From the NCBI GenBank assembly GCA_038087875.1, contig CM075998.1:2048001-2108000 (forward strand): a DNA stretch of 60,000 bases, read 5' to 3'. Position 1 is the first letter of the stretch. Every line of letters starts with the position of its first letter. Under the pieces are notes generated by a model that was not told where the DNA came from, searched no databases, and saw only the letters and a program-made list of their open reading frames with translations. Positions 13,491 through 26,830 of this stretch are shown one piece after another. This stretch comes from Malacoraja senta. Taxonomy: Eukaryota. The position numbers and the translations under genes are program-made.

Positions 13491-15184
13491 ATAATAGAAT
13501 CTGCTTTATTAGCCCCAGGCTCATGAAGTTACTTGGTTACATTCGTGCTGAATTTAGGATTAAAGTTTTGACATCCAACCTTCCATTTGATTCCTCCTCA
13601 ATAGAATATGCACATAGAACAGTGCAGCACAGGAACAGGCCCTTCAGCCCAGTGTGTGTGCCAAACATGATGCCAAGTTAATCTCTGCCTGCCAAAGGGA
13701 TCAGCACTCTAGATAATAAATACTTGTGTCTAATGCAAATTAGCCATCATGGGTTCATTGAATGTTGCTTATTAAATCGACATTATGCATTTGTTTAATT
13801 CCATGGGTTCATAACAGGAATTTATTCTCAGTTCTTGCCACCTATTGTGACTTCACAAAGCAGATAACGTTAATACCAACAAGATCTTGAAGCACCCACC
13901 CCTGGGGGTTATCAACCTTGAGGTTATTGAATAAAGATAATGTCCTTGAAATTTCATGTGATATATTATGCTGGAATTGCAGCATTGAACCAGAACATAC
14001 AGCTGTAAATGCAGAACTGAATCTGCTGAAATTTGGCAAGGTAAGTCAGTTTAAAAATCTTTGTGCAGAAGGGGAGCATTGTGCTCAGATTATCAAGAAC
14101 CCTCACCACCCTGGCAACGCTCACACTTCACTCCTGCCAGAGAATGGTGCTTTGGAATTCAATGACACAGACGGCGGTGGAGGCTAAGTTATTGGGTATT
14201 TTTAAAGTGGGGATTTATCGACTCTTGATTAGGATTGGTGTCAAAGGTTATGAGGAAAATGGGGTTGAGAGGGCCATGATCAAACGGTAGAGCAGACCTG
14301 ATAGGCTGAATGGCCTAATTTTGATCCTATGTTGTATGATCTTTGGAGAATCAGAAATGGTTATTTGAATGTCAGCATCTCCTAACTCTAACTTAGGACA
14401 AATTTTAATTGGCTTGCTGGGGTGTCTGCGGGGACCTATTAAATATAGAAACAGACTTTGTATTTTAATTCGTGGTTATTGACATATCAATTGTGTTAGA
14501 TGGAGCTCTAGGGGCTAGCAGAATCAAAGGATATGAGGAGAAGGCAGGCACGGGTTACTGATTGTGGAAGATCAGCCATGATCACAATGAATGGCGGTGC
14601 TGACTCGAAGGGCCAAATGGCCTCCTGCACCTATTTTCTATAATTGGGTGCCAGGCTGCTAACCTTGAATAATCTGATGCAATATCTATTTATTTTTCCC
14701 ACTTCTACTCTGATACTGTATATCCTAGTGTTACAGTTCCATGGTAACCTCGATCATTTGCCTCTGAGAAATTTATCTGCCACTTTCACACAAAAAAAGA
14801 TTGTCTGATTCAAAAGAAAGTCACAAAGAGTTCTTCTGAAGCTACAGTCAGAATATGAACTTATTTTGGTAATTACCTTGTTGGCCAAAACTTTTTTAAT
14901 GAGGCAATTTGAGGAACAGGAGGCAATTTGACCTTGCACGTCTGTGTCAGCTCTATGAAAGAACTATCCAAATTAGTCCTTGATAGCGTTGAACACTGTT
15001 CCTCATGCAAGGCCAAAGTATGAATTTATTATTTTCTTGTATAGCCTTGGATTTGACCGTATTTTTATTCCATCATTACCGTGTCACTGTTCTTCTCAGT
15101 TGATTGCTGCAGGATTCCTATCCACATGTAGGTCTGTGCCGGGTCGATGTGCGACGTGACCATCCGAGGGAGACAGTTCATGAG

Positions 15185-15745
15185 GGCCACTCAGCAGGAC
15201 CGGTTCAGAGCAGCTATATCTCTGGGGATTAAGCTGTTCCTAAGTCTGGAGGTGCGGGCATAGAAGGCCTTGTAACGTCTGCCGGATGGTAGAAGTTCGA
15301 ACAGACAGTTGCAAGGGTGTGAGGAGTCTTTATGAATGCTGATGGCCTTGATGCTCTGTGGACAACCCGCTGAAGAGCTCTCCTCTCCGCCTCCGTGCAG
15401 CTGAGATGCCATATGTTAGGATGCTCTCTGTGGTGCAGCGGTAGAAGGTTGTCAGAACTGTTGGGGCAGACCAGTCTTTTTCAGTGTTCTCAGGAAGAAC
15501 AGTCGTTGCTGTGCCTTCTTGACCAGCGCATGTGAGGTCAAGTGAAATGTGTGTGCCCAGAAACCTGAAGCTGGACACTCTCTCCACACTGTCCCCGTTG
15601 ATAAAGATTGGAGCGTATTCCCCATTATGTGACCTTCTGAAGTTGGTGATCAGCTCCTTGGTCTTAGGGGTGTTTAGGGACAGGTTGTTATCTGAGCACC
15701 AGTCCGCCAGGTTCTACACCTCCGCTCTGTAGTGTGTTTCATCAA
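15185..15745 (-). mobile_element. Rex1/Babar- or L2-type LINE fragment; similar pieces at ~18150-18560, 24030-24580, 41140-42170, 52765-53300 (all minus strand)
   Basis: Degenerate RT C-terminal motifs VSSFRFLG, FYRCTTESILT, LLPSGRRY, RLRNS. Confidence 0.75.
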
Positions 15746-16584
15746 CAATCTATGTTTGCATTGTAACAGTTAACTCTGTCTGACCTGGATATTTCAGGAC
15801 ACCTCCAGATTCAGGGATAGTTTCTTCCTGGCTGTTATCAGGCAACTGAATCATTCTACCAACAACCAGAGAGCATCCTGAGCTATTATCTATCTTGGTT
15901 CCTTGGTTCTTGGTTTCTTGGTCCTCCAAAATATTCCAAATGGAATTTAAACTGGAGGTGGGTTACTTCTTTGGTAACCCTTGCACTATCCTTGATTGGA
16001 GATGGACACAAAGTGCTGGAGTAACTCAGCGGGACAAGCAGCATCTCTGGAGAGAAGGACTCTTCTTGCACCCTTTATTAGACTTTACTGGCTTTACCTT
16101 GCACTAAACGTTATCCCCTTCTCAAGTCAAGTCACATTTATTTATATAGCACATTTAAAAAACAAAGTGCTTCACATTTGTTATAAGAATAATATAAACA
16201 AACAAACTACATACATATATACATATAGCCCTCGCTCAGAGGACGTCAAGAAAGGCTTAGGAGTATAGATAAGTATTTAGTCTTGACTTAAAGGAGTTGA
16301 TGGAGGGGGCAGTTCTGATGGGAAGAGGGATGCTGTTCCACAGTCTAGGAGCTGCAACCGCAAAGGCGCGGTCGCCCCTGAGCTTATGCCTAGACCGCGG
16401 GATATTATCATGTATCTGTACACTGTAAACGGCTCGATTGTAATCATGTATTGTCTTTCCGCTGACTGGATCGCAAGCAACAAAAGCTTTTCACTGTACC
16501 TCGTTACACGTGACAATGAACTCAACTGTCCACCACACTCCACATCGAAGAAGCAACGAGCCTCCACGACAACCACGCTAACAC

Positions 16585-16800
16585 AGGAAGTCCCGCCCAC
16601 ACGCCAGGGCCCCTCTCCGATTGGCTAGTTGGTCAAGTCACCCGCAGACGGCGCTTGGCTAGTGGACGAACCGGCGGTCAATCACACGGGTTGCTCTCTT
16701 TGACTGGCTGTCTGTGCAGCGCCCGCCCCCACCGCGTTGTGATTGGTGCGTGCGGCTGTCAATAACGTGTGGCAGCCTTTAATTCCGCCTGGAAGGTGCT
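16585..16800 (+). promoter_or_regulatory. CpG-rich TATA-less RAB5B promoter
   Basis: GC boxes (CCCGCCC at ~16592 and ~16722), reverse CCAAT boxes (ATTGG at 16620 and 16742) and local CpG enrichment just before a GCC-rich exon. Confidence 0.75.
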
Positions 16801-16913
16801 GCTCAGTTCCCGCCTCTTGCTGTGGTCCAGGCTCGGCCGCCGCCGCCGCTGCCGCTCACTTCTTGCGACACAATTAATTTAAAAAAATCTGCGAAGTTGA
16901 AGGCGTCGTTGAG
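16800..16913 (+). other. RAB5B: RAB5B non-coding exon 1 (5' end approximate)
   Basis: GCCGCC-rich segment after the promoter, ending at gag|gtatat; the next acceptor (20169) precedes the ATG exon, as in vertebrate RAB5 genes. Confidence 0.65.
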
Positions 16914-19900
16914 GTATATATACGTTTAAAAACTGTTTTTGGTGATAAATGTATGAGCGAACCATTCTCTTTCGAGTTTAGGTTTAGGGTTGTCCAGCTT
17001 TTTGTGAGGCGAAGGACTTTTTAAACAGACAGACAGAGAATGTTGCGCTGCTTGTGGGTGTGGGGATTGGGCGGGCAGCAGCAAAATAAAATGTTTTTTT
17101 TCAATTCTAAGGGATTGGAGGACTGGTTATTTTTGAACGCGGAGCTGACAGTTTGTTAGTGTCTAGAGATTTTCAGCAAGAATACATTGAAGTTATTTTG
17201 CAAAGGAACGACACTCGGGCCTTAACCGATTCCTTATGTTGGGATTAGACATTTAGACTGAGCTCTGATGAGCATTGATTGCAGGTCTCTTATTCGAACC
17301 GATGGAAGTAAAGACTTCCACGTAAATCCCGTGGAATTACAATGTGGCGAAACAGCCATTATCTATTTGTTACTTTTGGGACAAAGCCTTGGGCGTGATA
17401 CCACTTCATGACCCAGCCCGCAATCTTTTCACGGTGAACGATTAATTTGACAGTTGAAGAATACTCCTTTGACATTTTTCACTCCTGACCCCGAAGGTAA
17501 ACTGCAGGACTCCCAGCCTGTGACTTGCTCCTAGTTTTGTGGCAGTGGTCTTTACCGAGTTGTTGCAGATATTGTTCATCAATATGTACTCTAGCGATGG
17601 TTCGAAAGCTTTGTCAAAGATTTGATCAGCGTTTCTGGCCTAGTAATGCAAGGGTTGAGTCTGGGCTGCATTTAAAATTTGTGGATATTTGCTTGTAAGC
17701 AACTATTGTCTTGCATGTAAATTGAAAGTACAAGTGAGAAGGGATACAATTCAGTCCCTTCTACCATCTCCTATTTAGTAATTTTATTACATTTCTTGCT
17801 TCTTTCAGTGTAGTAAAGATGTGTGTTTGGGAGCTTATCCAGTTTTTTTAAATCGGCAGTTTTTCATTAACCAACCCTTTAGTCTAGATATCAATCAGAA
17901 ATATAACCCATTGATCATAACTGTTGTGTGTCACTAGTCCAGAAGATGCATTTGGGACTTTGTCATTGGAACTACAGTGGTGAGCCAAGTAATGACTCCA
18001 TGCAGTTTGTTATAGGGTAGATGAGGAAGGTAGTCAAGAAATTAAAAATGGATTTCAATGTTTCTGTGATGTTTGTAACAGGCTCTGAAAAGGAAGTGTC
18101 ATATGTACTGTCCCATAAGCCTCAAAGGTTCGCATTGTCAGCACTATAGCATATGATACGATACAATAGAACTTTATTTATCCCAGGAGGGAAGTTGATC
18201 TGCCAACAGTCATTAAAAAAAACAAAATACACAAAACATGAAATTAAAGTGACGAGTGGAAAGGATTGGGGGGGAGGGGAGTCAGTCTACCCCATGACAG
18301 AAGGGGGAGGAGTTGTACAGTTTGATAGCCACAGGGAAGAAGGATCTCCTGTGGTGGTCTGTCCTGCATCTTGGTGGAACCAGTCTGTGCTGAAGATACT
18401 CCTCAGGTTGACCAGTGTGTCGTGGAGGAGGTGAGCGAGCTGTATTGTCCAAGATGCCCTGCAGTTTGAGGAGCATCCTCCCCTCCAAGACCACCTCCCA
18501 TGAATCCATCCCTGCTCCGAGGATGCAGCCAGCCTTCCTGATGAGTTTATTAATCCTATCCTGGGCCTGATGCTGTGATGTTCTTGAAGACTATCGGGTA
18601 CAATGCCAGAACAGGGAAAGGAAGCAAGGGATTTCTACCACAAGGAGTATGTCATTTTACACATTGTAAGTGTCCTTTCCTTCAAGATTTTGCCTTGGCC
18701 ACTTGTAAGACTAAAGACTTGCTGGTAAGACAGAATTGCAGAACCTGCTGTGACCTCTGTCTAGATACTTCACAGCCAATTATTGTTTTAATGGCTATTC
18801 ATAGCCAATTTTCCTTTCAAAGTAAATTTTGCATTTGGTATACTGGTTTTCATAATGAGCTATCCAAAATACTCTCATTCAGCAATATGCAATTTGATTT
18901 TGGACAACTCTGAACAAAGGTTTTTCTTCTACAAATTTTGAATGTGTTATTTTTTCCATGCACAAAATACTAAAAATATGTCTATTTGGAGAAATGTTGA
19001 CATCTATTCTGCTTGTTGGCTTTGGGCTTCTTAAATTTGCAAACACCTACTTGTTGCTCCCAAAATAGTTTATTTTTGTTTTCATTGAAGTGGGAAAGTG
19101 AGCAATTGCAATATAGTTGTTTGCTCTGTTGGCCAAGTACATATCTTGTTTCGTTGGTACATATCTCGTTTCACTCCTTGTTTATGAAGGGAATCTAAAA
19201 CTTGTCATGATAATGTGACAACTGTTTACACTTGAGTCATATGGTGTTCAGAGACCAATATGTTCAGTCTTCACAGAAATGCAAATACTCATCCATTTTT
19301 CCTCGTATGTTGCAAAACATACTTGGCTAATAAAGTATGATTATGATTTTTCCAGATGTTCAAGGTATAAAAACCTGAGCTGAGATGGATTTTTAAAAAA
19401 AACCTGCACTAACGGGAGAGCATAATTAAATGCCAGCAAAACTTCAGTGTCCATATTTTGATCGGGTGTATTGTCTCAGAAAACTTGTCTTCCTTGATCA
19501 ATATGTTGCACCATAGGGGAATCTATTCCATATTTTAGTTGACCAGGGATTTTTGATATGTTAAATTTTCCCCAAAGTTTTGTCTGAAATAAAATCCTCC
19601 TGCCCTAAGCTTTTGACAATGCAATAGGTTCATGATTTGCATGCCTTAGTAAACTGAAAAGTGAATTAGTACTCTAGTGTTCACAGCAATATTGATGTAC
19701 TTAACAATGGTTTGTACTTTATTTGTCAAAGTATAACTATCATCCAAACTTTGAGATAATGAATTTAATGCCAACATCCATTATCAAACTAGACACAAGA
19801 TGTACCTCTAGTCTGGCACCCTTTGGATTTGACTGGTGTTGGACCACAGAAATTGCCCTTGATCCTCACCTCTCCCCCAAATGGACATTCCCCAGACAAC

Positions 19901-20269
19901 AATGGTTCTTGGAACACTCTGCACCACAGGTCTTAATTTTATCTTGGTTAGATCATCATTTGAATTGGTTAATTTGGCACAGATTTGCACGACAGATGCA
20001 GAACTGTCCCAGACTAGAGTTTCTGGACTAGAGCTTCAACATGGAGTATACTGAAATATTTGGTTTCATTTGAGTAGGAATTGATTGGCCATTAACTAGT
20101 GTCATTGTTTATTGTAATTGTGATTATTGTAACTAAAGCTATTCTAGTCTGAATTTGTTTTTCTTGCAGATTGTATGCTTTCGGGCTGATCTTGGTTCTC
20201 TCTTGTGCTTGTCTTCTGGAATTGGCAGGATCTGTTTCTGCTACTTCTGTCGCAATTCCTGTGGTGGCC

Positions 20270-20432
20270 ATGGCCAGCAGAGGAGTATCCAGGCCAAATG
20301 GTCAATCACAGGCCAGCAAAATCTGCCAGTTCAAACTTGTCTTGCTTGGCGAGTCAGCTGTGGGAAAGTCCAGTCTAGTGCTGCGATTTGTTAAAGGACA
20401 ATTCCATGAATACCAGGAGAGCACAATTGGTG
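20270..20432 (+). CDS. RAB5B: Ras-related protein Rab-5B, first coding exon (exon starts at 20170)
   Basis: Kozak gtggccATGg; [54 protein letters not shown] (P-loop); g|gtaagt donor; 163 bp. Confidence 0.97.
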
Positions 20433-20969
20433 GTAAGTCCAAGTGTACCAATGGAAGATAATGTGGGAAATGGAGCGTGGGGCCCCTCTTGGCTATGCTT
20501 GTTCTATTAATTTTGCTGCTCGTATGCTATGCTCCACACCATAACATCCATAACTATTGTCCCTTTCCCACAGTAGAGGGGTCTCGACCAAAAAGTCACC
20601 TATCCATGTTCTCCAGAGATGCTGCTTGATCTGCTGAGTTACTCCAACACTTTTTTTTGTCCCTTTCCTATTATTGCTTCCCTCCTGACCTTTCTTCCAT
20701 AACTGGAATTGTGTACTTTAATCCAAACATTTGGTTTTCGAATGGTCAAGTAACCATTTTAGAAGCTTGTATTTCTTCAGTTTGTACTTGGCAGTGAGTG
20801 ATCAGTGCTCTGAACTGCTGAATTGGGAAAGCTAGTAGATGACTTTGGGACAGGAGGCAACAATGGCTAAAGTGTTAGCTGATGTTTGCAATTTATTGCT
20901 ATTTAGACTTGTCAGTGTTGCAGTGCATTGTGCTCTTGGTGAAGTTGTTTCCTGTTATTCTCGAGTCTA

Positions 20970-21980
20970 CCGTGCCCTCCATAATGTTTTGACAAAGACC
21001 CATCATTTATTTATTTGCCTCTGTACTCCACAATTTGAGATTTGTAATAGAAATAATCATATGTGGTTAAAGTGCACATTGTCAGGTTTTAGTAAATGCC
21101 ATTTTTATACATTTTGGTTTCACCATGTAGAAATTACAGCAGTGTTTGTACATAGTCCCCTCATTTCAGGGCACCAGAATGTTTGGGACACAGCAGTGTC
21201 ATGTAAATGAAAGTAGTCATGTTTAGTGTTTGTTGCATATCCTTTGCATGCAATGACTTCTTGAAGTCTGCGATTCATGGACATCACCAGTTGCTGGGTG
21301 TCTTCTTTGGTGATGCTCTGCCAGGCCGGTGTTGCAGCCATCTTTAGCTTATGCTTGTTTTGGGGGCTAGTCCCCTTCAGTTTTCACTTCAGCATATAAA
21401 AGGCAAGCTCAATTGGGTTCATATCGGGTGAATGACTTGGCCAATCAAGAATTGACCATTTTTAGCTGTGAAAAATCCTTTGTTGCTTTAGCAGTATGTT
21501 TGGGATCATTGACTTGCTGTAGAATGAGTTTTGAGGCATTTGTTTGAACTTGAGCAGATGTGTCTTCACTTCAGAATTCATTATGCTACTACCATCAGCA
21601 GTTGTATCATCAATGAAGATAAGTGAGCCAGTACCTTCAGCAGCCATACATGCCTAAGGCCATAACACCCCCACCACTGTGTTTCACAGATGAAGTGGTA
21701 TCCTTTGGATTTTGGGCAGTTCCTTCTCTCCTTTGACATAGCATTCTCTCCCAAGCATTATGGTGCCCTGCAATGATGGGGGGGGGGGGGGACTATGTAC
21801 GAACACAGCTGTAATTTCTACATGGTGAAACCAAAATGTATAAAAATACCCTTTAATAAAATCTGACAATGTGCACTTTAACCACATGTAATTTTTTTCT
21901 ATTACAAATCTCAAATTGTGGAGTACAGAGGCAAATAAATAAATGATGGGTCTTTGTCCTAAACATTATGGAGGGCACTG
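20970..21980 (-). mobile_element. Tc1/mariner DNA transposon relic with long IR/DR termini
   Basis: TA-flanked ~200-bp terminal inverted repeats (C(A/C)GTGCCCTCCATAATG...CATTATGGAGGGCACTG); degenerate transposase on the minus strand (NDPKHT region, AWQSITKEDTQQLVMSMNRRL). Confidence 0.9.
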
Positions 21981-23583
21981 TATTTGCCAGCAATACTTAA
22001 TATTCAAAATGCTACTGTAGTTTCTGTTGGCTACTTTACAATTTGCTATTATATGGTATGTTCTTCATTTATCAAAGTTGTGACTCCCCATTAACCATAT
22101 CTCTGAAATAGTATTCACATGTGAGGCTCCTTGCTCTTGCCCATTGTTGCCAACTAACTTGTGTGCAAACAATATAATTGGTAGATCATTTGGATAAATG
22201 GCTTGCTCTTTGACTTTTAAACTAATGTAACTTGGTGTCAAGCTCCCCGGTTGCAACACTTGGTTCATTAATTTCACAGGTACTTTAGGCCAAGGCACTT
22301 ACAAGGTGCCAGAACTCTGGGAACTCTTTCATGATTTGAATGTCATTGAGGTTGTCGGAGCCAGGGCTTCATATTTGGAACACAAGCCCCTATTTGATAG
22401 AAGCAACAGTTTCCCCTCGGTCTGAAGACCAAGTTGACGATGAATGAAGGCAACTCTGCCAGACTTGGCTCTTCCATTGTCAAGGTGTGGTCACAATATC
22501 ATCATGATTGCCAGTAATTCAAGCCAGAGCCATCACTGCATTATTAATGTACAACTTGAAACAGTTGCAGTACACACTCCATAAACTCATTCATCATCAA
22601 GTGGAAACCTTGGCTGGATATGCTTTTTTAATCTTGTTACTCTGGACCAATTCCCCTCACAATGCTTTCTTGAGGGGGGGGGGTCTTTCAGGTAGAGCTG
22701 AATAAATTGTTTATGGGATGTTACCTTTACTAATGTGTTGCAAGTTTATTTTAATGAAATGGCAATTAAGGGAGGGTCCTAACCTGAAATGTCACCTGTC
22801 CATGTCATCCAGAGATGCTGCCTGACCTGCTGAGTTACTCCAGCACTTTGTGGCAATTAAATTATTTGTTCAAAATTCGTAACTACCTGACTCTTTTCAA
22901 TCTGCCAAACGTTGCCCTTACCTGAAGATGTTGGTGTATAGATAATTCTATATGCATCAGCAACATTTGAAAGTGGTGAGGTTGAGGTGGAAGTTGGAAT
23001 GTAAAATTGATCGACTGGTAACAAAGGAGATTTGAGCAAAGGCATGTACCTCTTTTTGATAGTGTTGGATGGAGATGATTTCTTTGGTTGGAATGATATG
23101 AGATTATGTTTTTAAACTACAGATGCTGGAAATTTGAAGTACCAGAAATACTCAGCAAGTCGGGCACCATTTGTAAGAAGAATTGATGTTTAAGGATGTA
23201 AATCCTTCCCTGGGACTGGGAAAATAGGGTTGGAGCTCAATGATTTCTATGTCCCCCTACCATTCAATGGCCAGTGCACATGTCTTGTATACATAGAGCA
23301 ACAAACTTTATTTGCAGCTGTTAATACAATATATTATTCCAGCCACATTTACTATTTAAAGCTCTATCTAAAGATCAAGCTGTGTAATTATACTACCATT
23401 GGAAATTACTGTTCAGGGTTTTACTACTTGACTGTGCAGCCTTTATGAATGTCGAGGGGAATATCTGCCAAGTTATTGCTTTAAATAACTTTTTTGTTTC
23501 AGTTGGTCTTTTTGTCTACTTGGTGCTCTGTCGAAACTGTCGTAAGGTAAAACTGACCAGTGGTTCTTTTAATATTTCTGCAG

Positions 23584-23735
23584 CTGCCTTTCTCACACAA
23601 TCCGTCTGCTTGGATGACACAACAGTGAAGTTTGAGATCTGGGACACTGCTGGACAAGAACGATATCACAGTCTAGCTCCCATGTATTACAGAGGTGCTC
23701 AGGCTGCCATTGTAGTCTATGACATCACCAATCAG
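23584..23735 (+). CDS. RAB5B: RAB5B coding exon 2
   Basis: 152 bp; [55 protein letters not shown] is RAB5B-type; AG/GT borders. Confidence 0.97.
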
Positions 23736-25324
23736 GTTAGAACAAGCCGCCATGGCTTCAGTAGGGTCACAACAATTGTCTAATGTGAAAAGGTGTGTTT
23801 TGTGATTGTTTATTCCTGCTTTTGGGTCAGGGAGCTGGAAATTCATGATGCAAGGTAATTCTGCACTTGCAAAATCTTAATGTCAAGACAAGAAGTTAAT
23901 TGTTCCAGACCTGGTGCATATGATAATGACATTCCTGCTGCAGCTTTACAGGCACATTAATGCAACAATCCAACAAGTACACAAGCCATCAGTTACACAA
24001 GGTAACCAAAACATAATAGTACATAGTGCAACCTTGTACAACATTGATAGTAATTCGGTGCTGAGGTAGAGTTGTGGTTGGGATTGTGCGGTGTGGCTGA
24101 AAAGTTTGATTGTTAATGGGAAGAAGCTGTTCTTGACCCTGGAGGTAATGGTTCTCTGGCTCCTATACTACCTTCCTGATGGTATCAGTGAGATGAGAGC
24201 AAGGCCAGAATGGTGTCTTTGATATTGGCTACTGCCTTGGGGCAAAGTTTCCTGTTGAGCACTTCAATGGTAGGAAGGTGATGCCTTTGATGGACCTGGC
24301 ATTGTCCACCATCTTTTGCAACCTCCTTTCTTGGTCATTTGAGTTACAGAACCAGGCTATGATGCAACCACTCAGTATGCTCTCCAACATACACTTGTAA
24401 ACGTTTGAGGGTGCTGAATCTTTGTGCAAACTGAGGAAGTAAATGCATTGAGCTTTCTTTCATTGCACTAATTGCTGGGCCCAGCACAGATCATCAGATG
24501 TGCCTGGTCGGGAACTTGAAGCTGTTGGCTGCCATCCCATTGATAAGATGGGTTCACAAACCCTCGGCTTCCCCTTCCTTGATCATTCAGACCAATTAAG
24601 CTGATCAGTCTGGGCACTTGATGGGAGAAGGGGAATCTTATGAACTTGCATTAAAGGCTTTTTTTAAACATCCCTGTGACTAAAATGATAGTCTGTTGCT
24701 TGTTTGTAGTTTGATGAATTGGACAATGAATTTAGTTTCCACCATATTGACTCCCATAGTCATTGGCCCACAAGCAATCTTCTCAAGCATCCTACCTAGT
24801 GTCTGCTGGTGAAAGTTGGGTGTCACAAATCCTTCAAGCGTTTGTTCAGTGGTTGGTCCAATAATAGGACTTGTTTATTGGGTTACACATAACTCTGGAA
24901 TTTGAATTTTGAAACACTGGTGTCGTGGTACTATTTATTGAAATCATCTTGGTGTTTGCATCAAGAATTAGATGCACTGTTTTGGCACACTTCGCTAAAT
25001 TGTACATGAATTGTTTTCTGAATAAGAGCAATTGACACATTTGAGCAGTGCAGGGGAATTGGCAGGGCTTTCATCGTGCATGATGGTAATGTATGGTAAG
25101 TTTTTATTGTTTCTGATAGATTTTGTTCCAGCAAGCCTTTTACAACTGTTTTCAAAATGGTTTCTGCACCTTTTTAATTCGGTTGAAATTTGGTGTGACC
25201 TTGAGCCAGTCTGAATGCAAACTTGCCAGATTGATCTGGTGATTTAGTCATCCAGTTGGAATTTTGGTGCACGAATCCAAGTATTCAACTTTAATTGATT
25301 TTTGTTGCTTTTTTTAAACTTTAG

Positions 25325-25447
25325 GAGACATTTGCAAGAGCAAAGACATGGGTGAAAGAGTTGCAGCGCCAAGCAAGCCCCAGTATTGTTATAGCGCTAT
25401 CGGGAAATAAGGCAGATCTGGCAAATAAAAGAATAGTGGAATATGAG
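25325..25447 (+). CDS. RAB5B: RAB5B coding exon 3
   Basis: 123 bp; [41 protein letters not shown] (NKxD); tttag / gtatgt borders. Confidence 0.97.
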
Positions 25448-25813
25448 GTATGTACATCTTTTGGAGGTGATATAAATGCCCCTTCTGATGGAAATGTTGC
25501 ATAGTCTGTAGCTGTTTCCTTGATTGAGTACCAAGCATTGTTTGTGAGATGAATAGCGCTCACAGATGAGGAAAGTTGGCCATTTCCTTGTTAATGGGAA
25601 TAATTGGCCATCTTAAGTGGCATTTTGAATTGGTGGGAGGTGGGGGGGGAGGGGGGGGGATGGAGGGGGGGGGGATGGAGTTAACCCTCAATCTAAACTT
25701 ATGTACTCTTATTTTCAATTGCCAGAGTATAGTGATGTGAAAATTGTATAAATCCAATTGATAGTAGATTTGTCTAATTCACCATATATTTACAAATATT
25801 TCTCTTTCAACAG

Positions 25814-25907
25814 GAAGCACAAGCATATGCAGATGACAACAGTTTATTGTTCATGGAGACATCAGCAAAGACAGCAATGAATGTTAATGACCTATTTTTG
25901 GCAATAG
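25814..25907 (+). CDS. RAB5B: RAB5B coding exon 4
   Basis: 94 bp; [31 protein letters not shown] (ETSAK); cag / gtaagt borders. Confidence 0.97.
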
Positions 25908-26584
25908 GTAAGTAATGGGGCATTTAACAACGTTTAAACTTGAACTGTATGTTCTGGCCACCAAGTTGAAAGATGGGAACCTTTGAAGTCTAAAATCCTT
26001 GGATTGGTGTAAACCTGCAAGATATTCTGAAATGTAGTCCATAAAGATCATTTGCTTCTCTCAATATTCCCCCAAATATTAGAAATTACTAGTTGTTTCA
26101 TTTCGCTGTTTAAAGAAATGTATTTTTATTAGCATAGTTAAAATTCAACTTCCTGCAATGAATAAGCTTGGATAAACTAAATTGTATGCCAAGGAGCGAG
26201 CCTGAGAAGCCATTGACTTTAAATGGCATTTTATGGGGTTCTAGTGAAAGATGGCAGGCCGACTAAACACGAGCAATTTGGGCATCCAAAGCTCCATAAG
26301 AAACCAATATAAATTCTTGAATTTCCTTTTTGTCGACCACTGTTTTGTTCCAGTGGGCCTCCAAGCTATGTTAAAAGCTTGGCACAGTTGATAGCAATCT
26401 CCCAAGTCAAACATCTGGCTTGCTGTGCTGAAGTGGATCCAGAATATCTCGGCTAGATACCAATGATTAGATAATTTAAATGCTGGAAATACTCAGCAGG
26501 TCATTGTCCAAAGCTGATTATGTTCTTGATATTAAGGGATTGCCACATTGTTTGCCGTTTAATAACAAAAATTAAAAAACTTGA

Positions 26585-26830
26585 GGCTTTGTCTCCTCGT
26601 TCCGGTGGATGCAAAAGATCCTGTGATCTCATTCAGAGCAGACTTTGGTCGACATTTGACTAATGCTACAAAATATACAGTAACTGATCAGTCATCTCAT
26701 CTGCTGCTCAGTACCTTGTGCGCAAATTGGCGGCCGCATTTGACTACAAACTTAACTGCACAACAAAGCTAGCTGCAAAAGTGCTTTGCAATAGCCTGAA
26801 GTTGATGAGGCGCTATGTAAACGCAAGCTC
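26585..26830 (+). mobile_element. Old Deu-domain SINE remnant in RAB5B intron
   Basis: ggtggatgcaaaagatcc...tgtgcgcaaattggcggccgcattt...gaggcgctatgtaaacgcaag resembles the recalled DeuSINE central domain and tail. Confidence 0.5.
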
